Assembly: GCA_964016885.1 (NCBI GenBank)
Contig: OZ024743.1
Span: 152,458,001 to 152,522,000, forward strand
DNA: 64,000 nucleotides
Direction: 5' to 3'
Origin: Eledone cirrhosa
Taxonomy: Eukaryota
Made by a program: the position numbers and the translations under genes. The notes under the pieces are model-generated. The model was given only the letters and a program-made list of their open reading frames with translations, made no database searches and was not told where the DNA came from. Within the stretch, counting starts at the first letter, position 1. Every line of letters starts with the position of its first letter. Positions 1 to 12,779 of this stretch are shown piece after piece.

Positions 1-400
1 ATGACAACGGTTTTCTTGAGACTGAGAGTCAATCCTAGGGCAGTGCAAGTGTCAGAAATGTGCTGCATATCAATCTCTGTGTGCGCTACAAGATCGCAAT
101 CATCTGCATACAAAAGGTCTCTTATGATAGAGCTTAATACTTTTGTTTTTGTAGCAAAGCGCTGATGCTAAATATGCTGCCAGAGGTTCAATAGTAGATG
201 TAAACACCATGCTTGCAATTCCTGAATGCAATATAGAAAACCATCGCAAAGTATATGGCAAATAGGTCGGTACTGGAATATCCTCCTGTTTCACTCCATT
301 TTTCACTGAGATAGGCTCTGACATTAACCCAAGCCTTCATGTCATCATGGAAAGACTTAACCAAAGCAAGGAACTTATCAGGGCAACTAAGTTTCTGGAG
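1..400 (-). mobile_element. RTE-clade LINE RT fragment, degenerate
   Basis: Minus ORFs give LQKLSCPDKFLALVKSFHDDMKAWV and SVKNGVKQ, typical RTE RT motifs; frameshifted. Confidence 0.75.
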
Positions 401-454
401 AACATACATACATACATAAGCAGCTGGAAAGAAAGGTGTTTGAGGGTGTGCTGA

Positions 455-2240
455 ATAACTCCTAATTAACAAAACTGCAAAGTCAGAGGTGCAACAACTT
501 ACGAGAAATATGGCTACAGTTTGGCTGGACTACGGGAAAGCATTTAATTCTGTTCCCCACTCTTGGATGATAGAGGCCCTCCAGCCTGCTGAAATCCCAG
601 ACATTATTATCAGAGCCATAGAGAAGCTATCTTCTTCTTGGGCTATTATCCTAAAGTTAAAAACAGAGAAGGAGAACTCTATTTCCACTGATAAAATAGA
701 ATATCACAGGGGTATATTTGAAGGAGACAGTCTCCCTGTTCTGCTATTTATCCTATCATTAAATCCCTTGTCCTTTTTGCTCAAGAAATGTGAAGGATAC
801 GTCATTGGCTCACAGGAGGAGAGAAATACGAACTTACCCATAATTTCTTTGTGGATGATCTGAAATTCTATGCCAAGAACGTTATTGGGATGAAGAAAAA
901 TCTTGACCTTGTTACAACGTTCTCAAAGAATACCGGAATAGAGTTTGGCCAAGATAAATGCTCATATATGACTGTAAAGTGAGGAAACTACAACCCAATC
1001 TAACAACATTTGTATCAATGGCCTAACTGTTTCAACGATATCTGGGGAGGACTGCTACAGATACCTGGGGATAGATGATAATATATCCTATGATATCCTC
1101 GACAAGAAATGCGAAACCAGGGAATATTACACCCGATTAAGAAAAATATGGTCGTCGGAATTCTCTGCGCACAATAAAACAATGGCTCAAAATGTGTTTG
1201 CTGTGCCTCTCCTAACACGAATATTTGGAATACTGAATTGGACAATAAACAAAATCCGAGCAATTGATGTAAAAACTCGAAAAATTCTAAACAACACTGG
1301 AAACTTCCACATTAACAGTGATATAGACAGCCTCTACTTGAAACCTAAGCAGGGAGGAAGAGGCCTAACATCAGTCCAGACAGCATTTGGGTGTCGCATC
1401 ATATCCCGCTGACAACATTTACAAACCTCCAGCAAGTCTGTCTGCATGAGACAGATAAGATTATGAGAGTTGGGAAGGAACTCCTTGAAAGATACTCCCT
1501 GATTGATAATCAAAAACTCACACCCAGGGAAATTGCTCAGCAATACTGCAGCAAATCCATGGCTGAAAAACTGCATGCTTATCAGCGAAAAGTCATGCAT
1601 AGATATGTTGCCAGGAAGCTCTAGGGTGAGAGTTATATAGATAAGCAAAGTAGTCATCTTGGACCAACAACTGCTATATTGGCTCTCACTTTGAAGTATA
1701 TGCTTTTGCAATCCATGAACAGGAAATCAACACAAAACACCTGCTCGGCTAGTTTGGAAATTACAAGTACAATCCATTAATGGAACAGTAAAAATAGGTA
1801 AAACATTCCACAAATTCTGCATGTAATAACTGCATACACACATGGTACAGATGCAAAGCATATGCACATGCACACATGTAACTCAAAACATCCACATCCA
1901 CAAATACAATAGCACCCATACCTGCACACACATGCATGTATGCAGACATGAACACATATCTACCTAGTTTATGTTGTGTAAATCCAAATGAGAGAGTCTT
2001 GTATCTATGTTAGAAACCAACTTTCTCTATTGGAAAAAAATTATAAAATTATAAACCCAAAAGAACATACATACATACATACATACAGACAGACCAGATA
2101 TAATGATATGGGACAAGGAAAAGAAGGCATGCACAGTAGTGGAAGTTAGCTGCCTAGCAGATGCCAATATAATACCAAAGATTAGTGAAAAGGAGAATAT
2201 TTATGCAGAACTAATGAGAAATCTGCAGGTAGTCAACCTT
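455..2240 (+). mobile_element. R4/Dong-like RLE non-LTR retrotransposon remnant (RT plus restriction-like endonuclease piece)
   Basis: WLDYGKAFNSVPHSW, GIFEGDSL, FVDDLKFY, HINSDIDSLYLKPKQGGRGL, FAIHEQEINTK; 2093-2235 reads RPDIMIWDKEKKACTVVEVSC (PD..D RLE motif). Broken by stops and simple repeats. Confidence 0.8.
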
Positions 2241-2599
2241 GAAAAAATTATAAAATTATAAAACCAGAAGAACATACATACATAATACATGGTGGCTGCC
2301 AACTCGTTTTCGAGTACAGCCACTACTTTATATCCATGTAGGAGAACCCCTACCGATGCGCTGAATGAGTGTGACTTTTTAGTCCAGCCAGCGACTTGAA
2401 AACTCTGGTACAAACACTACACTTGTGACAATTATTGACATATAATGCTGGGCCCATGGTACCATGTTACGACAAGTGCAGAGAGATCTCCAGATATAAA
2501 GCAATGCCTGTGCAAAGGCACTGCACAAAGCCAGTCCCACTCTCTTAACCAAGATGATATTTACCAAAAAGAAGAACAGGTCAACATCATTGGATACCA

Positions 2600-2880
2600 T
2601 CAGGGTTGCAGGTGTTATATCAGAGTTTTCCTTCGCCTAGAATTCTGCCTTGTCAAAGGCTAAGGGGTCATCTCTCCCGGTGATTTTGGATGGCTATTGA
2701 CTCTTAAGAGTTCCTTTGCCCTTTGACAGATTTTGTTTTTAGTCCTGCAGGATGTCCAAAGTCACCCTCCTCACCAAGAAACCTTGGTGGGGTTGCCAGT
2801 TTAGTCGCCAACGACCCGACCATGGGACAAGTTGTACTGGAATACATGTTACCAGTAGCACCAACTGGTGACCTGACATA
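2600..2880 (-). repeat. LINE 5'UTR/SINE-like repeat fragment
   Basis: Minus motif aggcagaattctaggcgaaggaaaactctga resembles aggcaactcgtctaggaga in the RTE 5'UTR near 8800. Confidence 0.35.
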
Positions 2881-2989
2881 CATACATACATACATACATA
2901 CATACAAATATACATACATACATAACATATATACAGCAGCCAGAGTGAGAAAGGGTGGGAGAAGTTCCGAGAGCTACTACCACTTAGCA

Positions 2990-4230
2990 ACAAACATCAT
3001 ACTTGGGTCTACTCCTGGGTCTCCTGCCAGTTGACTTTTGCCCATAAAATCTGTCCAGGGATTCTTTCCTAAAACATTCTAACCACATGTCCATAATATC
3101 AGAGCTGTAATCTCTCAATTCGGAGAAGTAGTGGCTCTACCTGGAGTGACTCTCTGATCTCCAAGCTACCCACTCTATCAAGTAATGTTACTCCAAAGAT
3201 CCTTCAGAGGAACCCCATTTTAGCTACTTGTATTTGCGATCGTATTCTTTCAGTCATTACCCAAGATGCATGACCATAGTTAAGGGTTGGCACAAATACT
3301 GAATTGAAGATAGTGAGTTTGGCTTTTATGCTTACCTCCCTTCTTCTGACTACAGAATGCCACTGTAATTCTTGCACTTAATTCAACCTCCTGCCTGCCA
3401 TTGCTCATGAACACAGCCCCTAGATACTTGAACTTCTCTACCTGCTTCAGTGGAACTCCATTTACATGTAGAGTGCACTGCGCAGGCTTCCTTGAGAGGA
3501 AAAGTGTCTCAGTTTTGGCAGCACTGATTTTTATTCCAGCCAACTTTGCAGCACTCGGCATCAAATCTATCAAGTGCAAGTTGGGGATCACTTTTTGTTG
3601 AGTTAAGTAACACCACATCATTTGCAAATTCCAGTCATGATACCACTTCTAACCAGGCTGTGTATGACAATCCTGTTCATGTAAATAATGAACAGGAGCG
3701 GTGACACTTGGTGGAGACCGCTCCCACATTGAATGGTTTCGATTTAGCACCATAAACATAAATACTCGGGCATTTTTATAGAGACATCAGAGCAGCAAGA
3801 AGCTGACCATTGATTCCATACTCCTACACAACCTTCCACAGCAGGTCCCGAGGAATGCGGTCATATGCCTTTTGAAGGTCGCCAAAATAAGAATATATCT
3901 TTAGGCAATACTCCCACGATTTCACGAAGACCTGCTGCTGGTGAAAGAGGCTTGGTGTGGTGCCGGATGGCAGGAAGACCCTAGGTTCAACCAAGAGGTC
4001 AAAGATGTTATCTAAGCAAAAAAGGAGGCTTACAAAGCTTGGCTTGGAAATAAGTCCTCCTTCTTGCACTTGCGGTACAAGCAGGCATGAAGAATCACAG
4101 CAGAAACAGTAAAGGCATCCAAAGTTAAGATATGTGAGGAGTTTGGGGTTAAGCTTGAATCCGACTTCAGATCAACAAATAAAGTGTTCTGGCAGACCAT
4201 CTGCCGACTTCAAAATAAACATTCCTCCAC
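2990..4230 (-). mobile_element. Rex3/Expander-like RTE LINE fragment with inverted 5' portion
   Basis: Minus 2990-3940: DLQKAYDRIPR, KISAAKTETLFLSRK, VEKFKYLG. Plus 3945-4230: the upstream region (KKEAYKAWL...NKVFWQTICRL). Confidence 0.7.
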
Positions 4231-4264
4231 ACCTGGTATACATATATATACATATATATATAAA

Positions 4265-4640
4265 TATATTTCCCTCAAAATGAAAGGCAAACCGTATGAT
4301 ACATGCATACAAATAGCAATGTTGCATGGCAGTGAGACCTGGGACTGTGTGCGAAGACTTGCATAGATTGGAAATAAATAAAGCCTGCATGCTCTGTTTA
4401 ATGTGTAATAGTAATATACATGAACGACAAAGCATAAACGAACTGAGAGAGAAACTAAACATAAAAGGAATTGGATGCAGTGTGGAGGAGAGGAGATTGC
4501 ATTAATATGGAGATGTGATGCATATGAAGAATGTCAGGTGTATGAAAAAGGGCAGAGCACGAGAAGTCGATAGAAGCCTTGGAGTGGGGAGACCCAGAAC
4601 AACTTGGGATCAGGTGATACAAGATGACCTTGTTCAAAGA
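4265..4640 (+). mobile_element. RTE LINE 3' fragment
   Basis: SLKMKGKPYDTCIQIAMLHGSETW and decayed RLRWYG region, homologous to the other RTE copies. Confidence 0.7.
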
Positions 4641-4814
4641 AGATGAAAGAGGACCAAGAATTCTAGCATTATGCAGTAATACAGAAGACTCGCCTTCCCA
4701 TTGGCATATGCTGAAGCTGAAGCATATATATATATATATAGCATACACCACCCCCATCCCACCCACTCATATCTCTCTCATGAGGAAAGGCTGTAGCATA
4801 CATCTAGTGAACCC

Positions 4815-5052
4815 TTCAGCCCACACTGTAAAGTGGTCATGATGGGGACATGGAAAAAAGCACTCAGCCCACACTGTACGGAGGTTGTGTAGGTGTCACG
4901 ACAAAAAGCACCAAGCACACTATAAATGTGGTTGCTATTAGGAAAAAGCATCCATTTTTGTGTGAGCAAGACAACTTGCCTCAAATAGGACAACCCGTTT
5001 AACCCATGCTAAGGTGGAAAAATGGACATTAAACAATGATAATGATGATGAT
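4815..5052 (+). repeat. Non-autonomous RTE-derived SINE-like element
   Basis: aaaagcacc...ttaggaaaagcatcc module and 3' end aacccatgcta..ggaaaaatggacattaaacaatgat, shared with copies at 23395, 37195, 52160 and 61030. Confidence 0.6.
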
Positions 5053-5074
5053 ATATGTATATATATATATATCT

Positions 5075-8000
5075 ATCATCATTTTACGTCCGTTTTTCCT
5101 TGCTTGCAAGGGTTGGACGGGTCCTATTCAGCACAGCATCTCTCCACTGGTCACGGTCCTTCGTCATCACCTTGGTGAACTTCAGTGATCTGAGGTCTGC
5201 TCTCACCACCTCTGCCCATGTTTTACATGGTTTACCTCTACTGTGTCTTCCTTCTACTGGGATTTCTTTGCACTTCTTTACCCAGCGGTCATCCTCCATG
5301 CGCATCACAAGTCCATACCATCTCAGCCTTCTCTCCTGCACACCACAACGTATCTCTCTTATACGCAGTTTCTTTCTCAACTCGTCCATGCTTGGTCTTT
5401 CATGCACATTGACATTGCACATCCAACGGAGCATGCTTGCTTCATTTCTCTCCAGCCGTTGCATATTCACTGCAGTTGCCGCCCATGTCTCACTACCATG
5501 CAGCATCGCGCATCTCACACAGGCATCATATAACCGTCCTTTCGTATGTAGGGAGAAACCCTTTTTTGTCAACAAAGGAAGCAGCTCCCTAAACTTCTTC
5601 CAACCTGTCCTTATTCTAGATACTATGACCTCGGAACCCCCGCCCCCACTCCCATGCTAATGTGATCTTCTAGGTACCGGAAGCTATCAACCACTTCTAT
5701 AGAACCCACCTGCATTGGAAAAATGTGATCTTCTAGGTACCGGAAGCTATCAACCACTTCTATAGAACCCACCTGCATTGGAAAAATGTGTCTATCACTG
5801 CTATTCATACTGCCAACTTTCCCTGTACATCTACTGCATACATAGTTTTCCTTACTTGTTAGTTTGCCTGCTATCCCACTACATCTCTGGTGTACCCAAG
5901 ATCTGCATTGCGTACATTTTAAGGAATTTATGCAAGTTTCTTTCCTACATATCGAACATGGCCATTTCCCTGATGGAATCGGAGTATTGTCCTCTTTTCT
6001 ACTTATCAACACTTTTGTCTTAGCTATGTTCACTCTCAGTCCTCTTGATTCCAACTGCTGTTTCCATAGTCAGAATTTCTTCTAGCTCCTCTACTGATTC
6101 TGCTATAAGTGCCAGATCATCAGCATATAGAAGTTTCCATGGGGATCCAGTCTTAAACTCCTGTTATGGCTTGGAAGACTATATGAACAAGAGCAGGCTG
6201 AGGATCGAACCCTGATGTGCACCTACTTGTATCTGGAATTCCTCACTAAACTCCATACCTACTCTCACTTTACTGACAGCACCCCTATACATAGCTTGCA
6301 CTGCCCTCACAAGCCATTCCTCTACACCTAGTTTCCTTAGGGACCACCAGATGACAGATCGGGGTACCCTATCAAAGGCCTTCTCTAGGTCAACAAAAGG
6401 TAAGTATATTGGCTTAATCTTCTCTAAGAACTTCTTTTGTAGTTGCCTCACTAAGAAGAGAGCATCTGTTGCACTTTTCCGAGGCACAAAACCAAACTAC
6501 ATCTCATCTAATTTGACCCTTTCTCTAATCAGTTGCGCTAATATTCTCTCTGCTACTTTCATAACCTGATCCATCAGCTTTATGCCCCTATAATTGATCC
6601 TCTCTAGAGCATCCTCTTTACCTTTATAGCAATTTATGAGAATACTGCTGCACCAGTCTTTGGGTATGACACCACCATATATAACTTGATTGATGATGCG
6701 TGCAACCAGTTTAATGCCTACTTCACCTGATGCCTTCAGCCACTCAGCAACTATCTCCGACGGTCCAACAGCCTTACCATTCTTCATTTCTTTAATTTCC
6801 TCTTGTATCCTATATTTGTCAATCTCAAAAGCTGGTCCCTTTGTTGGGTTTACTGTGGGTAATTTCTCTGTCCCATTCATTCTCTACATTAATGAGTCTC
6901 TTATAGTGACATTTCCAGGCCTCCTTTTTTTTTTATCATTTGTGACACTAAGTACACCGGCATCATTCCGGACACATTTATCTCCAACAACATCCTGATT
7001 TGCATTGACACACTGCCCTGCAATGTGGAACACCGCACACCTCTGATCTTCCCATCGCAGAACATTGGCAAACCTCTTACTCTCAGCCTCCCTGTGTGCT
7101 AAGTACACCTGACTTCTGGCTTCTCTCCTAGCAACTGTGTATCCTTCCCTACTCCCACCATTTTTCCAAGCCTTCCATGTCAGTCTTTTGTCTCTAATGG
7201 TCCTATCTACCATGCTATTCCACCACCAGGTCACTCTCTGTCTGGTTGAAGCTCTGCCCCAACCACAAGTTTCTTCAGTAGCCTGCAGTAAATTGTCACG
7301 TAAGAAATTCCAGTTATGATCTATGTCCTACAACTCTAAATCGTCTTTTTTTTCGTCATACACGTCTTGAAGGGCTTTGCTAAATTTATATTTTAATGAC
7401 AGGTCATTTAGCTTCCAGACCTTTCTTTTCCACACCTTCCTGTATGTCTCATCCTTTCTCATGCTTACTGAGATGTCACTAACGACTAACCTATGATGCG
7501 GGGTACATTCTTCCCCAGGGTATGCCTTAGTATTTGACACCATCTGTCTGTCTCGCAGTCTAACTAGCAGGAAGTCAATCTGGCTTATGTGCTCGCCTGA
7601 TTTGTAGGTTATTAGGTGGCTGGAAGGCTTCTGGAAATTAGTGTTGCAAATGGCTAGTGCATTTGCATTACAAAATTCAAGAAGCCTTACTCCTTCTTCA
7701 TTTCTTGAGCCGTAACCGTGCCCACCATGTACCCCAGTGTATCCATCCTGGAGCTGTCCAACATGTCCATTGAAGTCCCCTGCTAGCATAACGATGTCTC
7801 TGTCCTTGAGGCTGTTTGTAAAAGTTGCTCGTAAAAGCAGTCTTTCTCTTCTTTACCCAGGCCTGCCTGGGGAGCATAGGCAGAGATGATTGTCAGTAGT
7901 CTTTTGTCTACAACTAATCTAAGCTTAATTATTGTATCACTAACTCTACCTACCTCCATTGTCTTATTGATCCACTTCTCAGCGAGTAATATGCCCACCC

Positions 8001-8870
8001 CAGCTAACCCATCATCATTACCCACCCAGAAAAGCTTATAACTACGATGTTTGCCTGCGATTAGTCTTGCAGAGGCACCTCTCCATCTCATCTCTTGCAC
8101 ACAGCACACATCCACATGCCTTCTCTCTAGCATCTCCGCTATCTCACCAGATCTACCTGTTAGAGTGCCAACATTAAGTGTGGCAACTCTGAGATGCGAC
8201 GTCTCGTTCTTTTTCCTGTTGTGCGATTGCTTGATGACGGTCGTGGGGTTCTCACACATGGCCTCACTAGCCAGCCCACTACCGTGCGCAGACCTAACAT
8301 GGTTAGTGTTATTGCTGTTTACGCAGTTGTTTTTGTGCAATTGCTTGATGACGGTCGGGGGGTTCTCGCACATTGCCGCACCAGCCACCCCACTACCTTA
8401 CGCAGCCCTAACATGGTGTAACATAGCACAACCCTAACATAGTATTATTGCTGTTTACGCAATTGTTGCAAATTTCAATCATTGTGTTCATAGTGTTTGG
8501 CAGTAGTATATATACTGTTTGGATGCCCTTCCTAACACCAGCACCACTTTCCAGCATGGACTGGCTGCTTTTATTCGTGCCACCAGCACTAGAGAGATCG
8601 TCTTACTGGACTCAGGGGACCTATCCACCCCTCCATTTTACAGCATGGACTGGGTGATTTTATTCGTGACACCAGCACTAGAGAGGTTGTCTTACTGGAC
8701 TCAGGGCCCTCTTTTCCCCTCCATTTTACAGCATGGACTGAGTGCTTTTATTCGTGCCACCAGCACTACCCCGCACCAATTTATTCGGAGTGGTAGCTCT
8801 CCTAGACGAGTTGCCTACACTACGGCTTATGGAGCCTCCGTCCACCCCTTGTCTGTTCGATAATATATTC
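5075..8870 (-). mobile_element. Near full-length RTE LINE (APE endonuclease + RT with PHD-like finger), frameshifted
   Basis: ATLNVGTLTGRSGE, CCVQEMRW, AYAPQ, GDFNGHVG, SQIDFLL, DLEKAFDRVPR, HQGSILS, LYADDL, MLHGSETW, RRLRWYG. 3' end cttgcaagcaaggaaaaacggacgtaaaatgatgat. 5'UTR has tandem ~80-90 bp repeats at 8530-8770. 63-bp tandem duplication near 5660-5790. Confidence 0.93.
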
Positions 8871-9010
8871 ACAAGGGAGTGGTTATCATACAGCGTCGGG
8901 CATGTGGTGAAGGTGGGGTGGGTGGGAAGTGAGAAGTATATATGGCTATACACACAAATTTAAATATTAACATTCACATCACATATACATACACATATAT
9001 TGCTTTGGTG

Positions 9011-9165
9011 TCCTTGAAATATGTATAATGAAATAAATATGGTTTTATAAATATAGTTTCCATTTGTTAATATATTGTTTTTACTCCAATAATTTGTTGA
9101 GTGCTTTATATCAGTTATAAAAATATTTGCTTGTTGTATCCCAACAAATTAAATATAACTTCTAC
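9011..9165 (+). repeat. Truncated copy of the HHR-bearing terminus at 16690-16880
   Basis: tccttgaaatatgtataatgaaataaatatgg...tatcccaacaa nearly identical to 16725-16862; the 5' half of the ribozyme is missing. Confidence 0.75.
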
Positions 9166-9179
9166 ATATACACATATAT

Positions 9180-11662
9180 AAGAACATCCCAACCCCATCT
9201 AGGACTACTTATGAGAAATTACTGATAGCTAGTGTCAACTCCTTCGTTAAGCGTATTAGATGGCGCACTTTCCACTTCGATAGGAGAAATAAGAAATCAA
9301 CCACAGTGTCCCCCAATAACAAATTCGGTTTTAAAACCTATAGGAGCCCGCCCCATAACTCCATGCTAGATGGATTCGAGAATGACCTCCTATCGCTAGT
9401 AAGGAATATTAAGTTTAAAAACCCCCATGGGAATAGCAACAAATTCCGGATGAAACTGGAAACCTTAGTTAAGGACTTTAACGATAAAAGAGATATCCTG
9501 GTCACCTCGGACAAAACCAGAAATATTTATAGCTTAAATTATGATACCTATCGTAGGTTCATATACAATGAATTAAATAGAAACTATAAAAAGACAACAA
9601 GCGCAAACTTAGATGAAATTAATAAGGAAGCATGTGCAATAGTGGATAAACTAGGTCTGGAAAAGTATACCCAACCTTATACCCCTAGGCAACCCAGGTT
9701 CACCCTTAAAGACCATAAGGCTGACTTCATTAGTAAACCCTCTGTTAGACTAATTAGCCCATCGTAGTCAGATATAGGAATTATCAGTAAGAAAATTTTA
9801 GACGGCGTTATACCCACCATCAGGAGGAAAATACATCTAGAGCTATGGGAGAATACGGATGAGGTTTTGAAATGGTTCTCAAGCCTTAGCAACCATAAAT
9901 CCCTTAAATTTATATAATTCGACATCGATGCGTATTACACCTCAATCTCCACCATACTCCTTAATAAGGCCCTAATCATGGCCATGCAGAAAAGTGACCT
10001 CACTAGATCTCAAATTGATGTCATTCTTGCGGCCCGGAAAACGATAATCACATTTGAGGATGAATTGTGGACCCGCAAGAATGCGCCCAGCAACTTCGAC
10101 ATCAAAATGGGATCTAGTGACTCTGCACAAGTAACGGACCTGGTAGGATTGTACCTCTTAAAGGAGTTACATGAGACATTACCACACTTGAAGGGCGGCT
10201 TATACCGTGATGACGCCCTCCTCACTCTCGAATATAAAAAGTGCAATATAGAAAGAACTAGGAAGCAATTACGTAGGTTCTTTAAAAACTTTAATCTAAG
10301 TATTACCATAGATGCAAATGATAAAACAGTAAACTTCCTAGACGCCACCCTTGACCTAGAAAGTAAAACATTTGCACCCTACCATAAACCTAACGATAGA
10401 CTAACATATGTAAACGCCAGCTCTAACCACCCCAAATCAGTCCTAAACGCTATTCCCAGGGGGGTCTCTAACAGAATTAGCAGACTGTCCTGTAATGAGA
10501 GTATCTTCAACTCCAATGCAGAATCTGGTTACGGGAGTAGATTATCATATATACATAAGGACTCTCAAACCATGAGTGTGAAACCTACCAACATAATCAC
10601 ACATAGTATGGCCACAAAGCCTAACCAAATTAGAGGCAAGAATAATAGTAAGAACCCTAATGGCGGTAACCTAGCTAAATGTAAACCACGTAAAGACGAT
10701 ACTAGAGTCCCCCACCACAACTCTAAAACAGTAAATGATCACGCCATGAATATAAACCACCCGGGCTTAAGCAAAACGGACAACGCCACTAACGTTAATA
10801 ACGGAACCCTACAAAATAGCACGCACAGTAGCGAGACTCACCCCACAGATAAGAAAAATAGAAGAAGGAAAAACATGTATTTTAACCCACCTTTTAACTC
10901 TGAGGTCCTCACTAACCTCCCCAGAGTATTCTTCTCCTTATTGGAAAAATACTTCCCACCAGGCAATAGATACCGCAACATAATTAACAAAAACGTAATT
11001 AAATTATCCTATTCGACCACACCTAACCTCGCATCACACCTAGCACGTACGAACATTAGGAAAACTAAGGAGGGATTCGAAGCAATTAAAATGGAAGTTA
11101 ACCACCAGCAACCGACTACACTAGAAAATGGGCAACATAATAGCATCAATGAGCCATCTAATGATATAGAGGCACCTAGTGATAATGCGAGTAACCAAAC
11201 TTCGGGAGGTAAGCTAACTAATCGAACCTGCAGTTGCAATTGTAGGCGGAGTAGTAACTGTCCCCTAAGGGGGGATTGCCTCACGAAAAACATAGTATAC
11301 GCATGTGACGTAACCACACACAACTCTACCAAAACATATATAGGAGCAACGTCCAATACATTTAAAACTAGATTTAACGCGCATATGTACACATTTAGAC
11401 ACGACAGACATAAGAATGCCACCTCACTGGCGGGATACATCTCCTTCTTAAAAATAATAGTACCCCATACAAACTTTTTTGGAGGAAGCTTACTAAATCC
11501 ACGCCATACCGACCGCAGAGCGGAAGTTGTGACCTGTGTTTACTGGAATGCCATGCCATAATACACTCTAAACTGAACCTGCTTAACAGGAAATCGGAAA
11601 TTTTCTCCTCATGCCAACACAAAATCCTGAGTTCCTTCTTCTATTTAAAACCTAGCACATAG
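9180..11662 (+). mobile_element. Penelope-like element (RT + C-terminal GIY-YIG), probably Naiad-type, nearly intact
   Basis: One frame from KNIPTPS..VKRIRWR through SDKTRN, FDIDAYYTSI, MGSSDSAQVTDLVG, GLYRDD, CNCRRSSNCPLRGDCL, IVY..YIGAT..FKTRF. One TAG at 9765; frameshifts after ~11450 before CDLCLLE and LNRKSE..SSCQH. Confidence 0.9.
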
Positions 11663-11774
11663 ACGTAACATATATCACGCACCCCCCACCTAGACTATAG
11701 TCCCCCCCCAACCCGTAACCTAGATAGATAGGTACCATAAGGGTGGTGCAGTCCCCTACAAGGTTGGTGCTCTT

Positions 11775-12100
11775 GCGTGTGTGTGTGTGTGTGTGTGTGT
11801 ATTCTCCTTTTATCTCTCACGCGCACGCAGACATATGTGTGGGTGTGCGTGCGTGTGTGCATGCATGCACGCATGTGTGCGTGCATTCTGTGTAAGTATA
11901 TTGTGTGTACATGTATGTATATATATGTATGTGTATATATATGTATATGCATGTGTGTGTGTGTGTATATGTATATTGTATGCATGCGTATTATATTGTG
12001 TGTATGAGTATGTGTGACATGTATGTGAATATATGTATGTAGGCGTATGAGTGGGTGGGTGTAAGTGTATAATGTATGTATGTGTGTATATATATATGCA
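11775..12100. repeat. (GT)n/(TA)n-rich simple repeat
   Basis: Direct inspection; it explains the spurious ORFs here. Confidence 0.9.
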
Positions 12101-12779
12101 TACTCTTCTGTAGAAATTCTCTCTATGTGTGCTGTGTGGCATGAATTCCCCCTATAATACTCTTCTCTGAGAGGAGCACGATATGCAGAGTAACACATAT
12201 GTATTGTCGAAGTTGAAACTGAGAACCACCACCCCTCCTGCTGACCTGGATGTTTACTGAGGACCAGAACACCATTCTACGCAATATAAGAGCGAAATGC
12301 GCTTGCCGAACTATTGATGACCATAACATCACATTCCAATGTAGTGGCAAAATACAGTGAATGATATGCACGACCAGAACACCACAGCATGCATATCCAA
12401 ACAGCACAGATATGATATCAATGGGGGAATCAACTGAAACTTTTTGGGTTGAAATACACGTGGATATGTGTCTGTGTGTATCGAACACACGGACACATAA
12501 GGAGGCTCTTGACCTAAATATACCTGTCATGCCTGTCTGAATCCCTAAGGGAACTGTCGGCCAGTTACTGTCTTGACCGATCGTAGTACCACTGGGTGAA
12601 TCATTTGAGTTTTTTGGGTTGAAATACATATAGATATGTGTCTGTGTGTGTCGGACACACATAGACACATAAAAAAGCTGTTATGGCTGCCTGAATTTTT
12701 GGTCAGTTGCTGACTTGATTGATTGACCCCACAATTACTACGTAGCGGTTCTTGCACGTGACTACTGGACCCGGATGAA

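Noticed and set aside
8770-8870. HDV-like ribozyme in the RTE 5'UTR
   Set aside because: Such ribozymes are known in some RTEs, but I could not build the nested double pseudoknot by eye.
9765-9767. In-frame stop in the Penelope ORF as possible recoding or selenocysteine
   Set aside because: It is TAG at a probable Lys position; a single substitution is the simpler explanation.
11695-12198. Long ORFs rich in Y/I/H/T/C/V
   Set aside because: These are translations of (CA)n/(TA)n repeats; the same applies at 15512-16142, 34939-35356, 42294-42941 and 60543-60782.
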